Assembly (NCBI GenBank): GCA_963697835.1
Contig: CAVOPG010000006.1
Span: forward strand, 41,529 to 105,528
Reading direction: 5' to 3'
Length of the DNA: 64,000 bases
From: an uncultured Acidobacteriota bacterium
GTDB lineage: Bacteria > Acidobacteriota > Vicinamibacteria > Fen-336
Within the stretch, counting starts at the first letter, position 1. Each line of letters opens with the position of its first letter. Shown in pieces: positions 1-11,760 of the stretch. Below the pieces are notes generated by a model, which had not been told where the DNA came from, ran no database searches, and saw only the letters and a list, made by a program, of their open reading frames with translations. The position numbers and the translations under genes were made by a program.

Positions 1-1046
1 CGAAGCCCGACGAAGAAGAACACCTTGTCGCGGTTCTTGTTGAAGCCCGTGCCCGGGATGAGGAGCGGACCGCTGAGGTGAAGCCGGGGTAGGTGAACTT
101 GTTCTTGATCCGCTCTGCGCCGATCTTGTTCGCGAACCACTCGTTCGAGTTCAGGTGGTAGTCGCGGAGGTAGCCGAAGACCGAGCCGTGGAACTCGCGG
201 CCGCCCTGCTTGCTGACGACGCTCATGGCCGATCGGGCCCTTGGCGTGCTCGGCCCCGAAGTTCGACTGCAGGACCTTGAACTCCTGGACGAACTCGGTG
301 TTCGGGTTGACGGAGGTCGCGCAGTTGCAGCCGGGGTCGGCGCCGGGGGCGCCGTCGATCGTGATGTCGAGGGCCCGAGTGCGGTTGCCGTTGGCGCGAG
401 TAGTTGCCGATGGCGCTCTGGTTGTTGCCGCCGCCGCCGTGTCCTCGCCGTTGCCGTTGATGCCGTAGACCTCACCGCGTGAAGTTCGGGCGTGTTGTTG
501 GTGCCGTTCGCGTGTTCGGCGGTCATGCCGGGCAGGATGCGGAGCACCTCGGCCGCGCTCGTGCCCACGATCGGGATGTTCTCGATCTGCTCGGCGGTGA
601 GCGTCGCGCTCTTCTCGCCCGAGTTGAGCGGGGTGAGGGCCACTTCGGCGCTCACCGAGACGGTCTCGGCGACGGTCGCGACCTTGAGCGCGATCTGGCG
701 CAGCGAGCGGCTGTCACCCGACCGCGGAGCTCGATGCCGGTGACCTCGTACGTGTTGAAGCCCTGCGATCGCGATCTGGACGGTGTAGGTGGCCGCGGGC
801 AGCGCCGCGAACGCGAAGAAGCCGTCGCCGTTGGTGACCGAGCGGCGGACCGCCCTTCGAGGCCTCGTTGATGACGGTGACGTCGGCGCCGGGGATGACG
901 CCGCCCGACTCGTCGACGACGCTGCCGCTCAGGTCACCCGTCATGCGCTGTGCGTACGTGGTTCCCGGCAGCGCCAGCAGCACCGCCAGGGCGGGAATGA
1001 CGAGGACCGCGACCTTCGTCATCCTCAGGAATGAGTTGCCCGTCAT
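1..1046 (-). CDS. TonB-dependent receptor, N-terminal part (signal peptide plus carboxypeptidase-regulatory-like domain). Runs off the window start; frame broken several times.
   Basis: ATG at 1046 sits 5 nt after AAGGAGA. Product starts MTGNSFLRMTKVAVLVIPALAVLLALPGTTYAQ, then TGDLSGSVVDESGGVIPGADVTVINEAS. Other minus frames continue with VTNGDGFFAFAALPAATYTVQIAIAG and GGREFHGSVFGYLRDYHLNSNEWFANK. Confidence 0.75.
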
Positions 1047-1152
1047 TGGTTCTCCTTGACCTCCGGATGCAGGGGTCGACTGATTCGGGAAAAGGGGCCA
1101 GTCTGTCGTGGCGCGAATGTTCATTGGCGGAAAAGCACCCGACTTCGTGGCA

Positions 1153-1181
1153 AATTTAGAGAGCGCGCAAAAGGGTGTCAA
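1153..1181 (-). promoter_or_regulatory. sigma70-type promoter for the TonB-dependent receptor
   Basis: Minus strand reads TTGACA (1181-1176), a 17-nt spacer, then TAAATT (1158-1153). It lies in a 400-nt lower-GC intergenic region and implies a ~100-nt 5' UTR. Confidence 0.5.
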
Positions 1182-1447
1182 GGAAAAACGGGGATCTAAG
1201 CCATAAAACACACGGGGCCTAAAACGAACCAACAGAGTGGAACCAAGTCCACCTCGTTGAAGTCAGATAACAATCGTTTCACCAAAGACATAGGTGGCGA
1301 ATCCAGGGCCTTGAGCCGAGTGCGCTCCAAACCGATGGAACCTTCGTTCGAGACCCTTCGAAAGCGGTTTCGCGCCGCCCTCTCGCATAGGAGGTACGGT
1401 CGTGCGAGATGCGCGCGATGCGCGTGCCGAGTCGGCTCGGCTGCGGC

Positions 1448-3504
1448 CTACGGTTGCAGCGTGAACGCGAGCTTCTCCTCGGCCTCGGCGCTGCCCTGGC
1501 GAACGCTCACCTTCAGCTCGTGCCGTCCCGGCTCGAACTTGTCGAGCGGGAACGTCCCGAGATACCGGATCCGTCCGTCCGGCTCGGGCGCCGGCAGCGG
1601 AGCCTGGGCACGGCCCTCGGCCTTGCCCTCGCCGGTGAACTCGATGGTCATGACGGGCGCCGCCGCTCCCGGCGCCGGGTAGGCGATCATGTAGACCGAG
1701 ATCTTCGGGGTCAGGCTCTTGGAGATCGGGTCGTCGAGGCTCGGCACGATGCGCGCCGCCTCGACCTGGAAGGAATCCACGGGAGCCCCCGGTCTTGCGG
1801 CGCCCGCCGGCTCCACGCGCCGGATGATCACGACGCTGCTGAGAGCGATTCCGTCGCCCGCGGCCGGAACTTCCAGCGGCATGCGGTGGACGCTCGTCGC
1901 TCCCGCATCCCGATCCTGGGCGACGACGTCCACCGCGTACCGGCCCGGGGGCAGCACGAGCCGCCGCTTGAAGACCACGTTGCCCTGCTGGACCGCGGGC
2001 ATCTTGTCGAGCGGGTCCCTGGAACGGGTAGTCCTGGCTCACCCGCTCGACGACCTTGCCCTCTTGGTCCTTCACCACCGCGAGAAGGGCGAAGTGCATG
2101 CGGTAGAGCTTGTTCTTCTCGTCGGGAGTGAACTTGAAGCGCGAGGCGGGCACCTCCGCGATCAGGACCACGTCCCGGCCCTCGGCGCCCGACCCGAAGT
2201 GGAAGGTCCCCGCCGAGATCTCGAAGTCGCGCCGCGGCGTCTCGCTCTTGAGCGCCTCGAGGAGCGGGAGCTCGTAGGCCAGGATCGGCCCCGCGTCGTC
2301 GGGGGTGGTCGCGAGGTAGCCGTTGCCGGCCTGGAGCCTGGGTCCCGCCCCGCGTCACCTTGATCTCCAGCTTTCGGAACTTGCCGTCGTACTCGAGGAC
2401 CTGCGGCACGTAGACGACCTCGTAGTAGCCAGTGACGTCGGAGGCCACGCGCGCCATGGCCTTCTTGAAGTCGTTGGTGTTGAGGATGGCGAGGCCCCCC
2501 GTGTTGTCGGCGAGCTCCTTCAGCGGCTGGAGCGTGTCGGTCCGGGTGCTCGCCTCGGTGCGGTCGGCGAGCGTCGCCTGGCTCGTCGTGACCGCGCCCG
2601 GAGGTCGTCTGGGCCTGGTCGCGGCTCGCCGCCGCGACCTCTTCGATGGCGCGATCGCGCGCTCTCTCCCTGGCGCGTCGTGTCGAGCCCCCGCACGTCC
2701 ACGGCGTAGAAGGCGACGCGGGCCCGGTTGGCCTCGCTCATCGCGCCCTTGAAGACGTCGTCGAGGAGGTTCGGGACCTCGAAGCCCGTGGTGAAGTAGA
2801 TCACGGTCTTGCGGCCGGGTGCCGTGGCCTGGCCCTTCGCGAGGGCCAGCAGCAGGTAGATCGGGGACTGGTTCTGCCGCTGGCGCTGCATGCGGTCGCC
2901 GGCCCGGATGATCCGGCCGAGCACTTCCGCCCGGGCCAGCGCGGCGGGGTCGTTGGCCTTGCCCTGGGAGAGCTGGGCCAGCGCGTCCGCCACACCCTTG
3001 CGGGCCTGGGCGTCCGGCTCGGCGAGCGTGTTGTCCTGGGTGCTGGCCGCCTTGTCCACGGCCTGGCGGACGAGGTCGAGGTCCCGGGTGAAGGGCTGGA
3101 CCGTCCAGAGCTGGAGGCCGATCCGGAAGACGCCGATCCACGTGTCCGGGCCGAGCGCGTTGGCGAGGAAGTCCCGCGCCGCCTGCTGGGCGAGCTTCTG
3201 CTGGTTCTGGTCGAGGCCGTCGAAGACGAGGGAGACGAGCTGGCCCGGACTGGGCGCCCTCGGTACCGGCGGCGGGTGCCGCGATGGCGTTCACGAAACG
3301 CAGCGACTCGACGGGCCGCCGGCTGCCGTTCTCCGTGACCTCGATCTCCTCGGGCTTGAGGTCGGGTACGGCGACGCCCTTCTTGTCCTTGACCACGACG
3401 CCGAGGACGACCTTGTCGGCGCCCGCCGCGCCGTCGCTCGCGGGAACGGGGGCAGCCAGGGCGAGAACGAGGGAAAAGGCGACGAGGGCGAGGGCGTTGC
3501 GCAA
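1448..3504 (-). CDS. VWA domain-containing secreted protein (VWFA-related, TIGR03436-like); frame broken
   Basis: N-terminus is MRNALALVAFSLVLALAAPVPASDG..KVVLGVVVKDKKGVAVPDLKPEEIEVTENG. The VWA core reads RKTVIYFTTGFEVP..ANRARVAFYAVDVRGL. The C-terminus reads GGLAILNTNDFKKAMARVASDVTGYYEVVYVP. The gene is stitched from ORFs 1828-3504, 2520-3059 and 1448-2002. Confidence 0.75.
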
Positions 3505-3620
3505 GTGAAGCCTCCCGGAAAGCGGCGCCGCGGCGCGCGAAGACGAGGTGAGCTTGGCGGAGGCGGCCGAGGCGTGTCAATCGGGCGAACGGACCACGCG
3601 GGCGCGGGCGCTCCCGGCGC

Positions 3621-5141
3621 TCAGCGCGCCGAGGCCAGCGCGGCGGCGATCGCGTCGATGGCCGCGACCGCTTCGCGGCTCTTCCCCTCGTGGTTGTTCA
3701 CGACGATCGCGAACGCGAGCCGCTCGCCGCGCAACGTGGTCACGTAGCCGGCGAGAGCGTTGGCCAGGCGGAGCGTGCCGGTCTTGGCGGCGACCCGCCC
3801 CTCGGCCGGGGTGCCCTTCATCCGGTTCTCGAGCGTGCCGTCGACGCCGGCGATCGGGAGCGAGTCGCGAAAGGCGGCCGCGTGGGGGTGGCGGTCCATC
3901 GCCGCGAGCAGCGCGACGAGGCCCCGCGGCGTGAGGAGGTCGGTCCGGGCGAGGCCGGAGCCGTCGGCGAGCCCCCAGCCCTCGTCGGGCACGCCGAGCC
4001 GCTTCGCGAGCTCGGCCACGGCCTCGTGGCCCTTCGCGGCGCTGCCCTCGCCCTTCACCTTGAGGCCCACGAGACGCAGCAGCATCTCGGCGTGGAGGTT
4101 CTGGCTCTCCTTGTTGACGACGCGGACGATCTCCGCCATCGAGGGGCTGTCGTGCGCGGCGAGGACGCGCACGCCGGCGGGCAGCGGCTCGCGCGACGTC
4201 GAGACGCCGCCCATGACGCGGATGCCCTTCGACTCGAGGACGCGGCGAAAGGCCGCCGCGGCGCAGCGCGCGGGGTCGGCCACGGCCAGCCGGCCGCTCC
4301 ACGCGCCGCCCATCGGCAATCGGCCGGTCAGCCGGGCCTCGTTCGAGCCGGGCTCGCGCTCGAGACGAGACGTCTCGCTCCCCGGCGGCTCGCCGTCGCG
4401 CGCCTCCACCGTCGTCGACCGACGAGGAGACGGCCAGGCAGCCCGCGTCCGGCTCCACGTCGAGGACCGCCGGGTCGCCGACCCGCTCGCCGGGCTTCAG
4501 CGTCACCGCGACCAGGTTGTCGGCGAAGGAGAGGGCCGACACCTCGGCGCCGTAGCCCCAGGCGAGGTCCTCCCACGCCCAGTCGGACCCGCGGCGATCG
4601 CCGGTGAAGGCCCCCTCGTCGCCGACGAGCCGCCCCTCGATCCGCCGCACCCCGGCCGCCACGAGCGCGTCGGCCATCTCCTCGAACGCCGCGGTCGGGC
4701 GGCCGGGCGAGAAGCGGGCCGAGAGGTCGGGGTCCCCGCGCCCCACGAGGTAGACGTCGCCGAGGATGCGGCCGAGGCCGTCGAGCCGCCCCGCCGTCTC
4801 CACCGTCGTGCGGACCCGCGCGTCCTGTCCGAAGGCGTCGAGCGCCGCCGCCGTCGTCACGAGCTTCATGCTGGAGGCCGGGCGGAAGGCCTTCTCCGCG
4901 TTCCGCGCGTAGAGCGTGCGGCCGGTCCGCGAGGCTCCGCACCTCGATCCCCCAGAAGGCGGCCGCGAAGTCCGCGCCGCGAGACGATCGGGTCGATGGC
5001 CTTCTTCAGCCGAGACGGGGAAGGGTCCCCCGCTCCCGCTCCCGGCGCGAAGGACGACAGCACGCACGCGAGGGCCAGGCCCGACCCGAAGCACCCCCGC
5101 CGACCCCGCCGCCTCTCGGCCACCGCTCCCCCTTCGCTCAC
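3621..5141 (-). CDS. dacB: D-alanyl-D-alanine carboxypeptidase/endopeptidase (PBP4, peptidase S13); frame broken
   Basis: SxxK motif in FRPASSMKLVTTAAALDAFG. C-terminus reads KTGTLRLANALAGYVTTLRGERLAFAIVVNNH. The GTG start at 5141 overlaps the plsC stop (GTGA). Confidence 0.8.
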
Positions 5142-5865
5142 CGACGCACGGCTTCAGGCTCGCACCCCGCCGCCACGATCTTCCGCACGTCCTCCGCCAG
5201 CGCCTCCGCGTCGTCCGGCGACCGATCCGCGACGGGGACGGACGGGTGAAGCGTCACGGCGACGGTGCCGGGACGCACGCTGGAGAGGCCGTGCGGCACG
5301 ACGGCGCTTCACGCCGACGAGCGACACCGGCACGATCGGCACGCCGGCCGCGATCGCGAGGCCGAAGCTCCCGCGCTTGAAGCGACGGATGCTGCCGTCC
5401 GGGCTGCGGGTGCCCTCGGGAAAGACCGACGACGCTCGTGCCCCCGCGGATGCGGCGGGCCGCCGCGTCGAGGCTGCGCCGCGCCCGGAACGGGTTCCCC
5501 CGGTCGATCGGGATGTGGCCGCCGAGCCAGATCGCCCAGCCGACGAGCGGCACGAGCGAGAGCGAGCTCTTGTAGATGAAGCGGAGGTCGACGGGCAGGT
5601 GGCCGAGCAGGATCAGGATGTCGAGAGCGCTCGCGTGGTTGGCGGCGTAGACGGCGGGGCCCGCCACGGCATGCTCGAGCCCGGAGACGCGCACCCCGAC
5701 CCGGAAGAGCCGTAGGAGGGCGCGGCTCCACGCTCCGCCGAGCTCGCGGGTGGCGTGACCGCTGCGGTCCGCGAGCGCGGCCACGCAGGCGGCCGTGGCG
5801 TAGCCGGCGGTCAGAAGGAGGGCGAGAGGCGCCTGGATGAGACGGAAGACGAGCGACCGACCCAC
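5138..5865 (-). CDS. plsC: 1-acyl-sn-glycerol-3-phosphate acyltransferase; frame broken near the 3' end
   Basis: HxxxxD box in YAANHASALDILIL. Also LRFIYKSSLSLVPLVGWAIWLGGHIPIDRGN and GVPIVPVSLVG. The frame-corrected tail ends VRKIVAAGCEPEAVRR. Confidence 0.8.
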
Positions 5866-5875
5866 CGCGTCCCGG

Positions 5876-7065
5876 CTACTCCCGGACCGAGGGCCCGTTG
5901 CCCGCCGGGGACGCGACGGACCCGGAACCGCCGTTGGGGCGCGGCGACTCGGGGGCCGGGTGGCGCTCCCCCGTCTCGCGCCGGTCGGACTCGCGCCGCG
6001 GCTCGCCACGGTAGTCGCGCCCGTCACGCAGGTCGCGGCGGTCGTCGCGGCGCTCGCGCCGCGCCTCGTTCTCCGCCGGCGCCGCGTTGGCCTCGGGCCA
6101 CCGGCAGAAGATCATCTTGCCGGCCGTCGTCTGCAGGACGCTCGTGACCGTGACCTCGATCGTGCGGCCGATCGCGCGCTTGCCCTGGTCCACCACGACC
6201 ATCGTCCCGTCGTCGAGGTAGGCGACGCCCTGGCCGGACTCCTTGCCTTCCTTGAGCACGAACACGCGCAGGACCTCGCCCGGCAGCACCACCGGCTTCA
6301 GCGAGTTGGCGAGCTCGTTGATGTTGAGCACGGCCACCCCGCGCAGCTGGGCGACCTTGTTCAGGTTGAAGTCGTTGGTGACGATCTTGCCGGAGAGCCG
6401 CTTGGCGAGCTCGATCAGCTTGAGGTCGACCTCCTTGACCTCCGGGAAGTCGGTCTCCACGATCTGCACCTGGACGTTCGTCATCTTCTGGATGCGCTGC
6501 AGGATGTCGAGGCCGCGCCGGCCGCGGTTCCTCTTCATCGAGTCGGAGGAGTCGGCCACCTGCTGCAGCTCGCGCAGCACGAACTGGGGCACCACGAGCG
6601 TCCCGTCGAGGAAGCCCGTCTCGCAGATGTCCGCGATGCGGCCGTCGATGATCACGGAGGTGTCGAGCACCTTGTACTGGTGCAGCCGCGAGGCGTCCTT
6701 GAAGGCGGCGACGATCCGCGCCGGCTCGAACCACTCGCCCCGGCGGGCCCCGATGACGACGCCCATGTAGATGAGGAAGACGATCAGGACCGAGTGGATG
6801 AAGTGCTGGGCCACGAGGTCGAGGCCGGCGATCACTCCCCAGACGAGGTGGGCGCCGAGGAGGCCGGTGACGCTGCCCACCAGGGCCCCGACCATGCTGG
6901 TGGGCGGGGACCCGGTGGAGCCGGAGCTCCAGGCCGATGATCAGTAAGGCGAAGGCGACGCCGAGAGCGAGCGCCGACGAGCGGCTGCCCGGGGACGGGG
7001 ATGTAGTGCCACCCCGCCCAGCCGAGGGCGAGGACGACCAAGCTGCGGAACAGGATGAGCCACAT
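5876..7065 (-). CDS. PIN/TRAM domain-containing membrane protein (YacL-like); one frame break near 6900
   Basis: 339-aa ORF 5876-6895 reads [85 protein letters not shown] hydrophobic N-terminus ([18 protein letters not shown]) lies in another frame. Confidence 0.8.
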
Positions 7066-7243
7066 GAGAAGGCCTTTCGGGCTGGAGAGCCCGCGATCGA
7101 TGACGGGAATGAGGCGGAAGGCTTCATCGGTACGTCCTATGGTGCGGCAATGATACCCCCGTGCCCGGCCGGGGCAAGCCCGATCTGCTCGCCCCGCCGC
7201 GTGGCCTCTCGGGAAAGGGAGTCGCTGCTACAATCTCGCTGCA

Positions 7244-8382
7244 GTGATCCGTCGCGTTCGGCTCGGCCCTCCGACCCTCGCTTTTCTCATCACCATCGTG
7301 GCCACGACCTCCGTCGCCCAGGAGGGTGGCGCTCCGGCGCCCCCCTCCCCTTCGAAGAGCTGGCCCGCCGGGCCGCGGACGCCTGGAAGGCCGGACGGAC
7401 GGAAGACGCGCTGCGGTGGTATCGCGAGGGGGTCGAGCGCAACCCCGCCTGGGACGAGGGCTGGTGGTACCTCGGCTCGATCCACTACGAGGCCGATCGC
7501 CTCTCCGAGGCCCGGGACGCGTTCGCCCGGGTCACGCAGATAAGGCCCGGGGCGAGCCCGGCCTGGGCCCTCCTGGGTCTGAGCGAGTACGGGCTCCGGG
7601 AGTTCGACGCCGCGCTCGGGCACCTCCTGGAGTGGCAGTCGCTGGGACCGGCGGGCAGCGAGGAGGTGAGCCGGATCGCCGGGCTTCACCTGGCCATGCT
7701 CCTCGTCAGGGGCGGGCAGTTCGACCTCGCCACCCGTCCGCTCACCTGGCTGGCGAGCTCGCAGCCGGAAACGCCGGATCTGCGGGCCCTGTGCGGCCTG
7801 GTGATCCTCGAGAAGCCCGTGCTGCCGGCGGAGATCAAGGAGACGGAGCGGGACGAGGTCGCCGCGGTGGGGCGCGCGGTCTACGCCGCCTTCGCGGGGC
7901 ACGATGCGGAGGCCAAGGTGCGGTTCGAGGAGGCTCTCGCCCGTTACCCGAACGCGCGGGGTCTGCGTTACGCCTACGGCCTGGTGCTGTCCCGCATGCG
8001 GTCACCGGAGGCTCTCCCCGTCCTCCAGCAGGAAGTGGCGCTCTTCCCCGACGACGTTCGCGCCCACCTCCAGATCGCGCTCGAGCTCCTGTCGCAGGGC
8101 CGGCCACTGGACGCTCTCCCCTCGGCCCGGGAATCGGTCCGTCTCAGCCCGGGAAATTTCGCGTGCCACCTCGCGCTCGGCCGCGCGCTCGCGGAGACGG
8201 GCGCCCTCGACCAGGGCATCGCCGAGCTCGAGCGGTCCGCGGAGCTCGCCCCGGAGGTGCCGGAGACGTACCTGGCGCTCGCCCGGGCCTACGCGCTCGC
8301 GGGACGGGCCGAAGACGTCGAGCGGACCCGGGCGAGGGCGCGCGAGGTAGACGGCAAGCGGCAGCCGCAGCTGCGCCCCTGA
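7244..8382 (+). CDS. Tetratricopeptide-repeat protein with signal peptide; early frame break
   Basis: GTG 7244 gives MIRRVRLGPPTLAFLITIVATTSVAQE. TPR-like repeats follow (AADAWKAGRTEDALRWYREGVERNP..YLALARAYALAGRAEDVERTRARA). Confidence 0.7.
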
Positions 8383-8404
8383 CGGCGCCGCCGCGGGGCG
8401 GGGG

Positions 8405-9790
8405 TCAGTCGGCCCCGTCGGCCAGCCGCTCGAGCGCTTCCTCGAGAGTGTTCACGCCGATCAGCCGGATACCGGGGAGGCCTTCGTCGGGGATGTTGCG
8501 GGCGGGCAGGATGCAGCAGGTGAAGCCCATCTGCGCGGCCTCGCGGATCCGCAGCGCCGCCTGGCCGGCGCCCCTCACCTCTCCTCCCAGCCCCACCTCG
8601 CCGAAGAGCACCGTGTGGGCGGGCAGCGGGCGGTTGCGGAAGGAGGACGCTACGGCGGCGGCCACGCCGAGGTCGGCCGCGGGCTCGTCGACCTCGAGCC
8701 CGCCGGCCACGCTCACGAACACGTCGTCGCCGAGGAGCTCGAGACCCACCCTCTTCTCGAGCACGGCGAGGAGCAGGCTCGTGCGGTTGGGGTCGATCCC
8801 GAGCGACATGCGCCGCGGAGTGCCGAAGGACGTGGGCGACACGAGCGCCTGGACCTCGACCAGCATCGGCCGGGACCCCTCGATCGTGCACACCACCGCC
8901 GACCCCGGGGCCCCCGCCTGCCGCTCGGCGAGGAAGAGGGCCGACGGGTTCGCCACCGGCTTGAGGCCGGCTCCCGTCATCTCGAAGACGCCGAGCTCGG
9001 AGACGGCGCCGAAGCGGTTCTTCACCGCCCGCACGATGCGGTGGTGCTGGCGCTTCTCGCCCTCGAAGTAGAGGACGGTGTCGACGATGTGCTCGAGGGA
9101 CTTGGGCCCGGCGATGCTGCCGTCCTTCGTCACGTGACCGATCAGGAAGGTCGTGATCGCGCGGCCCTTGGCGAGGAAGAGGAGCTGGGTCGCCACCTCG
9201 CGCACCTGGCTGATGCTGCCGGGGGCGGACGGGAAGCGCGAGGAGAAGACGGTCTGGACGGAGTCGACGACGAGCGCTTTGGGCTTCAGTGCCTCGACCT
9301 GCTCGAGGATCCGCTCGAGCGAGGTCTCGGCCATCAGGAAGAGACCGCCGCCCGTGATGCCGAGCCGCTCGCCGCGCAGCTTCACCTGGCGCTCGGACTC
9401 CTCGGCCGAGACGTAGAGCACCGTGCCGTGCGTGCGGCCGAGGAGGTGCGCGACCTGGAGGAGCAGCGTGCTCTTCCCGATGCCGGGCTCGCCCCCGATG
9501 AGGACGAGCGACCCGGGCACGATGCCGCCGCCGAGCACGCGGTCGAACTCGTCGATGCCCGAGCCGACGCGCGCCTCCTCGCCCGTGTCCACCGCGTCGA
9601 AGGGCTTCGGGCTCGAGGGAGAGGAGGGGAGGACCAGCTGGTCGGGGCGGCCCCGGCCCGGGGGCGGCGCCACCTCCTGCCGCTCCTCGACCAGGCTGTT
9701 CCACTCGCCGCAGTCGGGGCAGCGGCCGAGCCACTTCGAGCTCTCGAAGCCGCAGGCCTGGCAGGCGAAGACGGTACGGACCTTTGTCAC
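8405..9790 (-). CDS. radA: DNA repair protein RadA (intact, 461 aa)
   Basis: Zinc ribbon MTKVRTVFACQACGFESSKWLGRCPDCGEWNS, Walker A LIGGEPGIGKSTLLLQ, and the KNRFG motif (AVKNRFGAVSELGVFEM). Confidence 0.95.
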   Translation of the reverse strand: MTKVRTVFACQACGFESSKWLGRCPDCGEWNSLVEERQEVAPPPGRGRPDQLVLPSSPSSPKPFDAVDTGEEARVGSGIDEFDRVLGGGIVPGSLVLIGGEPGIGKSTLLLQVAHLLGRTHGTVLYVSAEESERQVKLRGERLGITGGGLFLMAETSLERILEQVEALKPKALVVDSVQTVFSSRFPSAPGSISQVREVATQLLFLAKGRAITTFLIGHVTKDGSIAGPKSLEHIVDTVLYFEGEKRQHHRIVRAVKNRFGAVSELGVFEMTGAGLKPVANPSALFLAERQAGAPGSAVVCTIEGSRPMLVEVQALVSPTSFGTPRRMSLGIDPNRTSLLLAVLEKRVGLELLGDDVFVSVAGGLEVDEPAADLGVAAAVASSFRNRPLPAHTVLFGEVGLGGEVRGAGQAALRIREAAQMGFTCCILPARNIPDEGLPGIRLIGVNTLEEALERLADGAD

Positions 9791-9933
9791 GCCGAGGGGC
9801 TCCCGTCTGCCCGGCCCCGAGGGGTCCGCCGAGATTGCGGATCCCTCGTCGCACTACCCGAACGGTGCTCCTCAGGATGACAGGTCATGGCTCAAGGCGA
9901 CCGGCGTCCCGTCGGTGGTGACTCGGGCAGACA

Positions 9934-11284
9934 TCACGACGGCCCGCCGCGCCACTCGAGGTTCTCGAAGCGGGTGAATTCCTTGATGAAGGCGAGCTTG
10001 CGGCTGCCGGTGGGGCCGTTCCTCTGCTTGCCGATGATGATCTCCGCGATCCCCCGGTTCTCGTCCGAGGGCTTGTACTCCTCCTCGCGGTAGATGAACA
10101 TCACGATGTCCGCATCCTGTTCGAGCGCCCCGCTCTCGCGAAGGTCCGAGAGCTGCGGGCGGCGGTCGGTGCGTGCCTCCGGGGCGCGGGAGAGCTGGGA
10201 GAGCGCGAGCACCGGGCAGCCCAGCTCCTTGGCGAGGCCCTTCATCGATCGGCTGATCGCCGACATCTCCTGCTGGCGGTTCTCGACGCGCCCGGCCGAG
10301 GTCACGAGCTGGAGGTAGTCGACGATGACGAGCCCCAGCCCGAACTCGGCCTTGAGCCTCCGGCACTTCGCCCGCATCTCGAGCGGCGAGATCGTGGCCG
10401 AGTCGTCGATGTAGATCTTGGACTGGGAGAGGTCGGCGTAGGCCTTGGCCAGCCGCGCCCAGTCCTTCTCGTTGAGCTTGCCCGTGCGCAGGCGGTGGGC
10501 GTCGATCCGGGCGTCGGCGCAGAGGAGCCGCAGCGCGAGCTGCTCCTTCGACATCTCGAGCGAGAAGAGACCCACCGTCTCGCCCAGCCGCTGGGCGACG
10601 TGCTGGGCGATGTTGAGGCAGAAGGAGGTCTTGCCCATCGCGGGGCGGGCGGCCACGAGGATCGAGGTCGCCCTTCTGCAGCCCGCTCGTCATCTCGTCG
10701 ATGTCCACGAAGCCGGTGGCGAGCCCGGTGACCACGTCCTTCGACTGGGAGAGCTGGTCGATCGTGCGGAAGCTCTCCTTGACGATCTCCCGCATGCCGA
10801 CGAAGCCGGCCCGGATCCGCCGCTCGGCGATGTCGAAGATCGCCTTCTCGGCCCGGTCGAGGAGGATCGCCGCCTCGTCCTCGCCCTCGTAGCAGGAGTG
10901 GACGATGCGGTTGCCGGCGTGGATGAGGTTCCGGACGACCGCCTTCTCCTTGATGATCCGGCTCCAGTGCTCGACGCTCGTGATGCGGGGCACCCCGTCG
11001 ACGAGCCCGGCCAGGTAGGCGGCGCCGCCCACCGCCTCGAGCGCCGACTGGCGCAGGAGCTCGTCCTTCAGGGTGACGAGGTCGATCGGCTGGCTGCGCT
11101 CGGCGAGCGCCGCCATCGACTCGAAGATCCGCCGGTGGGCCTCGCGGTAGAAGTCCTCGCGGGTGAGGATCTCCGCCGCGGAGTTGAAGGCCAGGTTGTC
11201 CACGAGGATCGCCCCGAGGACGGTCCTCTCCGCCTCGGGGTTGTGGGGGAGGGTCCGGTCCTTCGGGGGGGCCTCGCTGGACAC
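9934..11284 (-). CDS. dnaB: Replicative DNA helicase DnaB; one frame break near 10660
   Basis: N-terminus reads [29 protein letters not shown]. The C-terminal ORF 9934-10656 reads [63 protein letters not shown]. Confidence 0.9.
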
Positions 11285-11294
11285 GAAGGGCCTC

Positions 11295-11741
11295 CTAGCC
11301 CTCCTTGGTGACGAGCAGCCTGACCGAAGCCAGCACCTCGGGGTGGAGCTTGATCTTCACCTCGTGCTCGCCGAGGGCCTTGATCGCCTCGTCGAGGAGC
11401 ACCTTGCGCTTGTCGATCTCGATGCCCTTCGACTTCAGGAAGTCCGCGATGTCGCCCGCGGTCACCGAGCCGTAGAGCACCTCGTTCTCGCCCACCTTGC
11501 GCGGGGCCACGAACCGCAGGCCGGAGATGCGCGCGGCGAGGGACTCGAACTCGGACTTCTCCTTGGCGAGGCGCGCCTGGTGCGCCTTCTTCTCCTTCTC
11601 GATCATCGCCTTGTTGGCGTCGGTGACCGGCATGCCGAGGCCGCGCGGCAGCAGGAAGTTGCGGGCGAAGCCGTCCTTGACCTTCACGATGTCCCCGCGG
11701 CGGCCCACCTTCTCGACGTCGTCCCTCAGGATCAGCTCCAT
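11295..11741 (-). CDS. rplI: 50S ribosomal protein L9
   Basis: MELILRDDVEKVGRRGDIVKVKDGFARNFLLPRGLG; intact, 148 aa. Confidence 0.95.
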   Translation of the reverse strand: MELILRDDVEKVGRRGDIVKVKDGFARNFLLPRGLGMPVTDANKAMIEKEKKAHQARLAKEKSEFESLAARISGLRFVAPRKVGENEVLYGSVTAGDIADFLKSKGIEIDKRKVLLDEAIKALGEHEVKIKLHPEVLASVRLLVTKEG

Positions 11742-11760
11742 GACTCTCCTCGAGATTGAA

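Noticed and set aside
1182-1447. A riboswitch (e.g. cobalamin) or small gene in the long lower-GC intergenic region upstream of the TonB-dependent receptor. Includes ORF 1257-1682 +.
   Set aside because: I found no B12-box or other riboswitch core that I recognise. The predicted promoter places most of this region upstream of the transcript. The plus-strand ORF is Arg-rich and runs antisense into the VWA gene.
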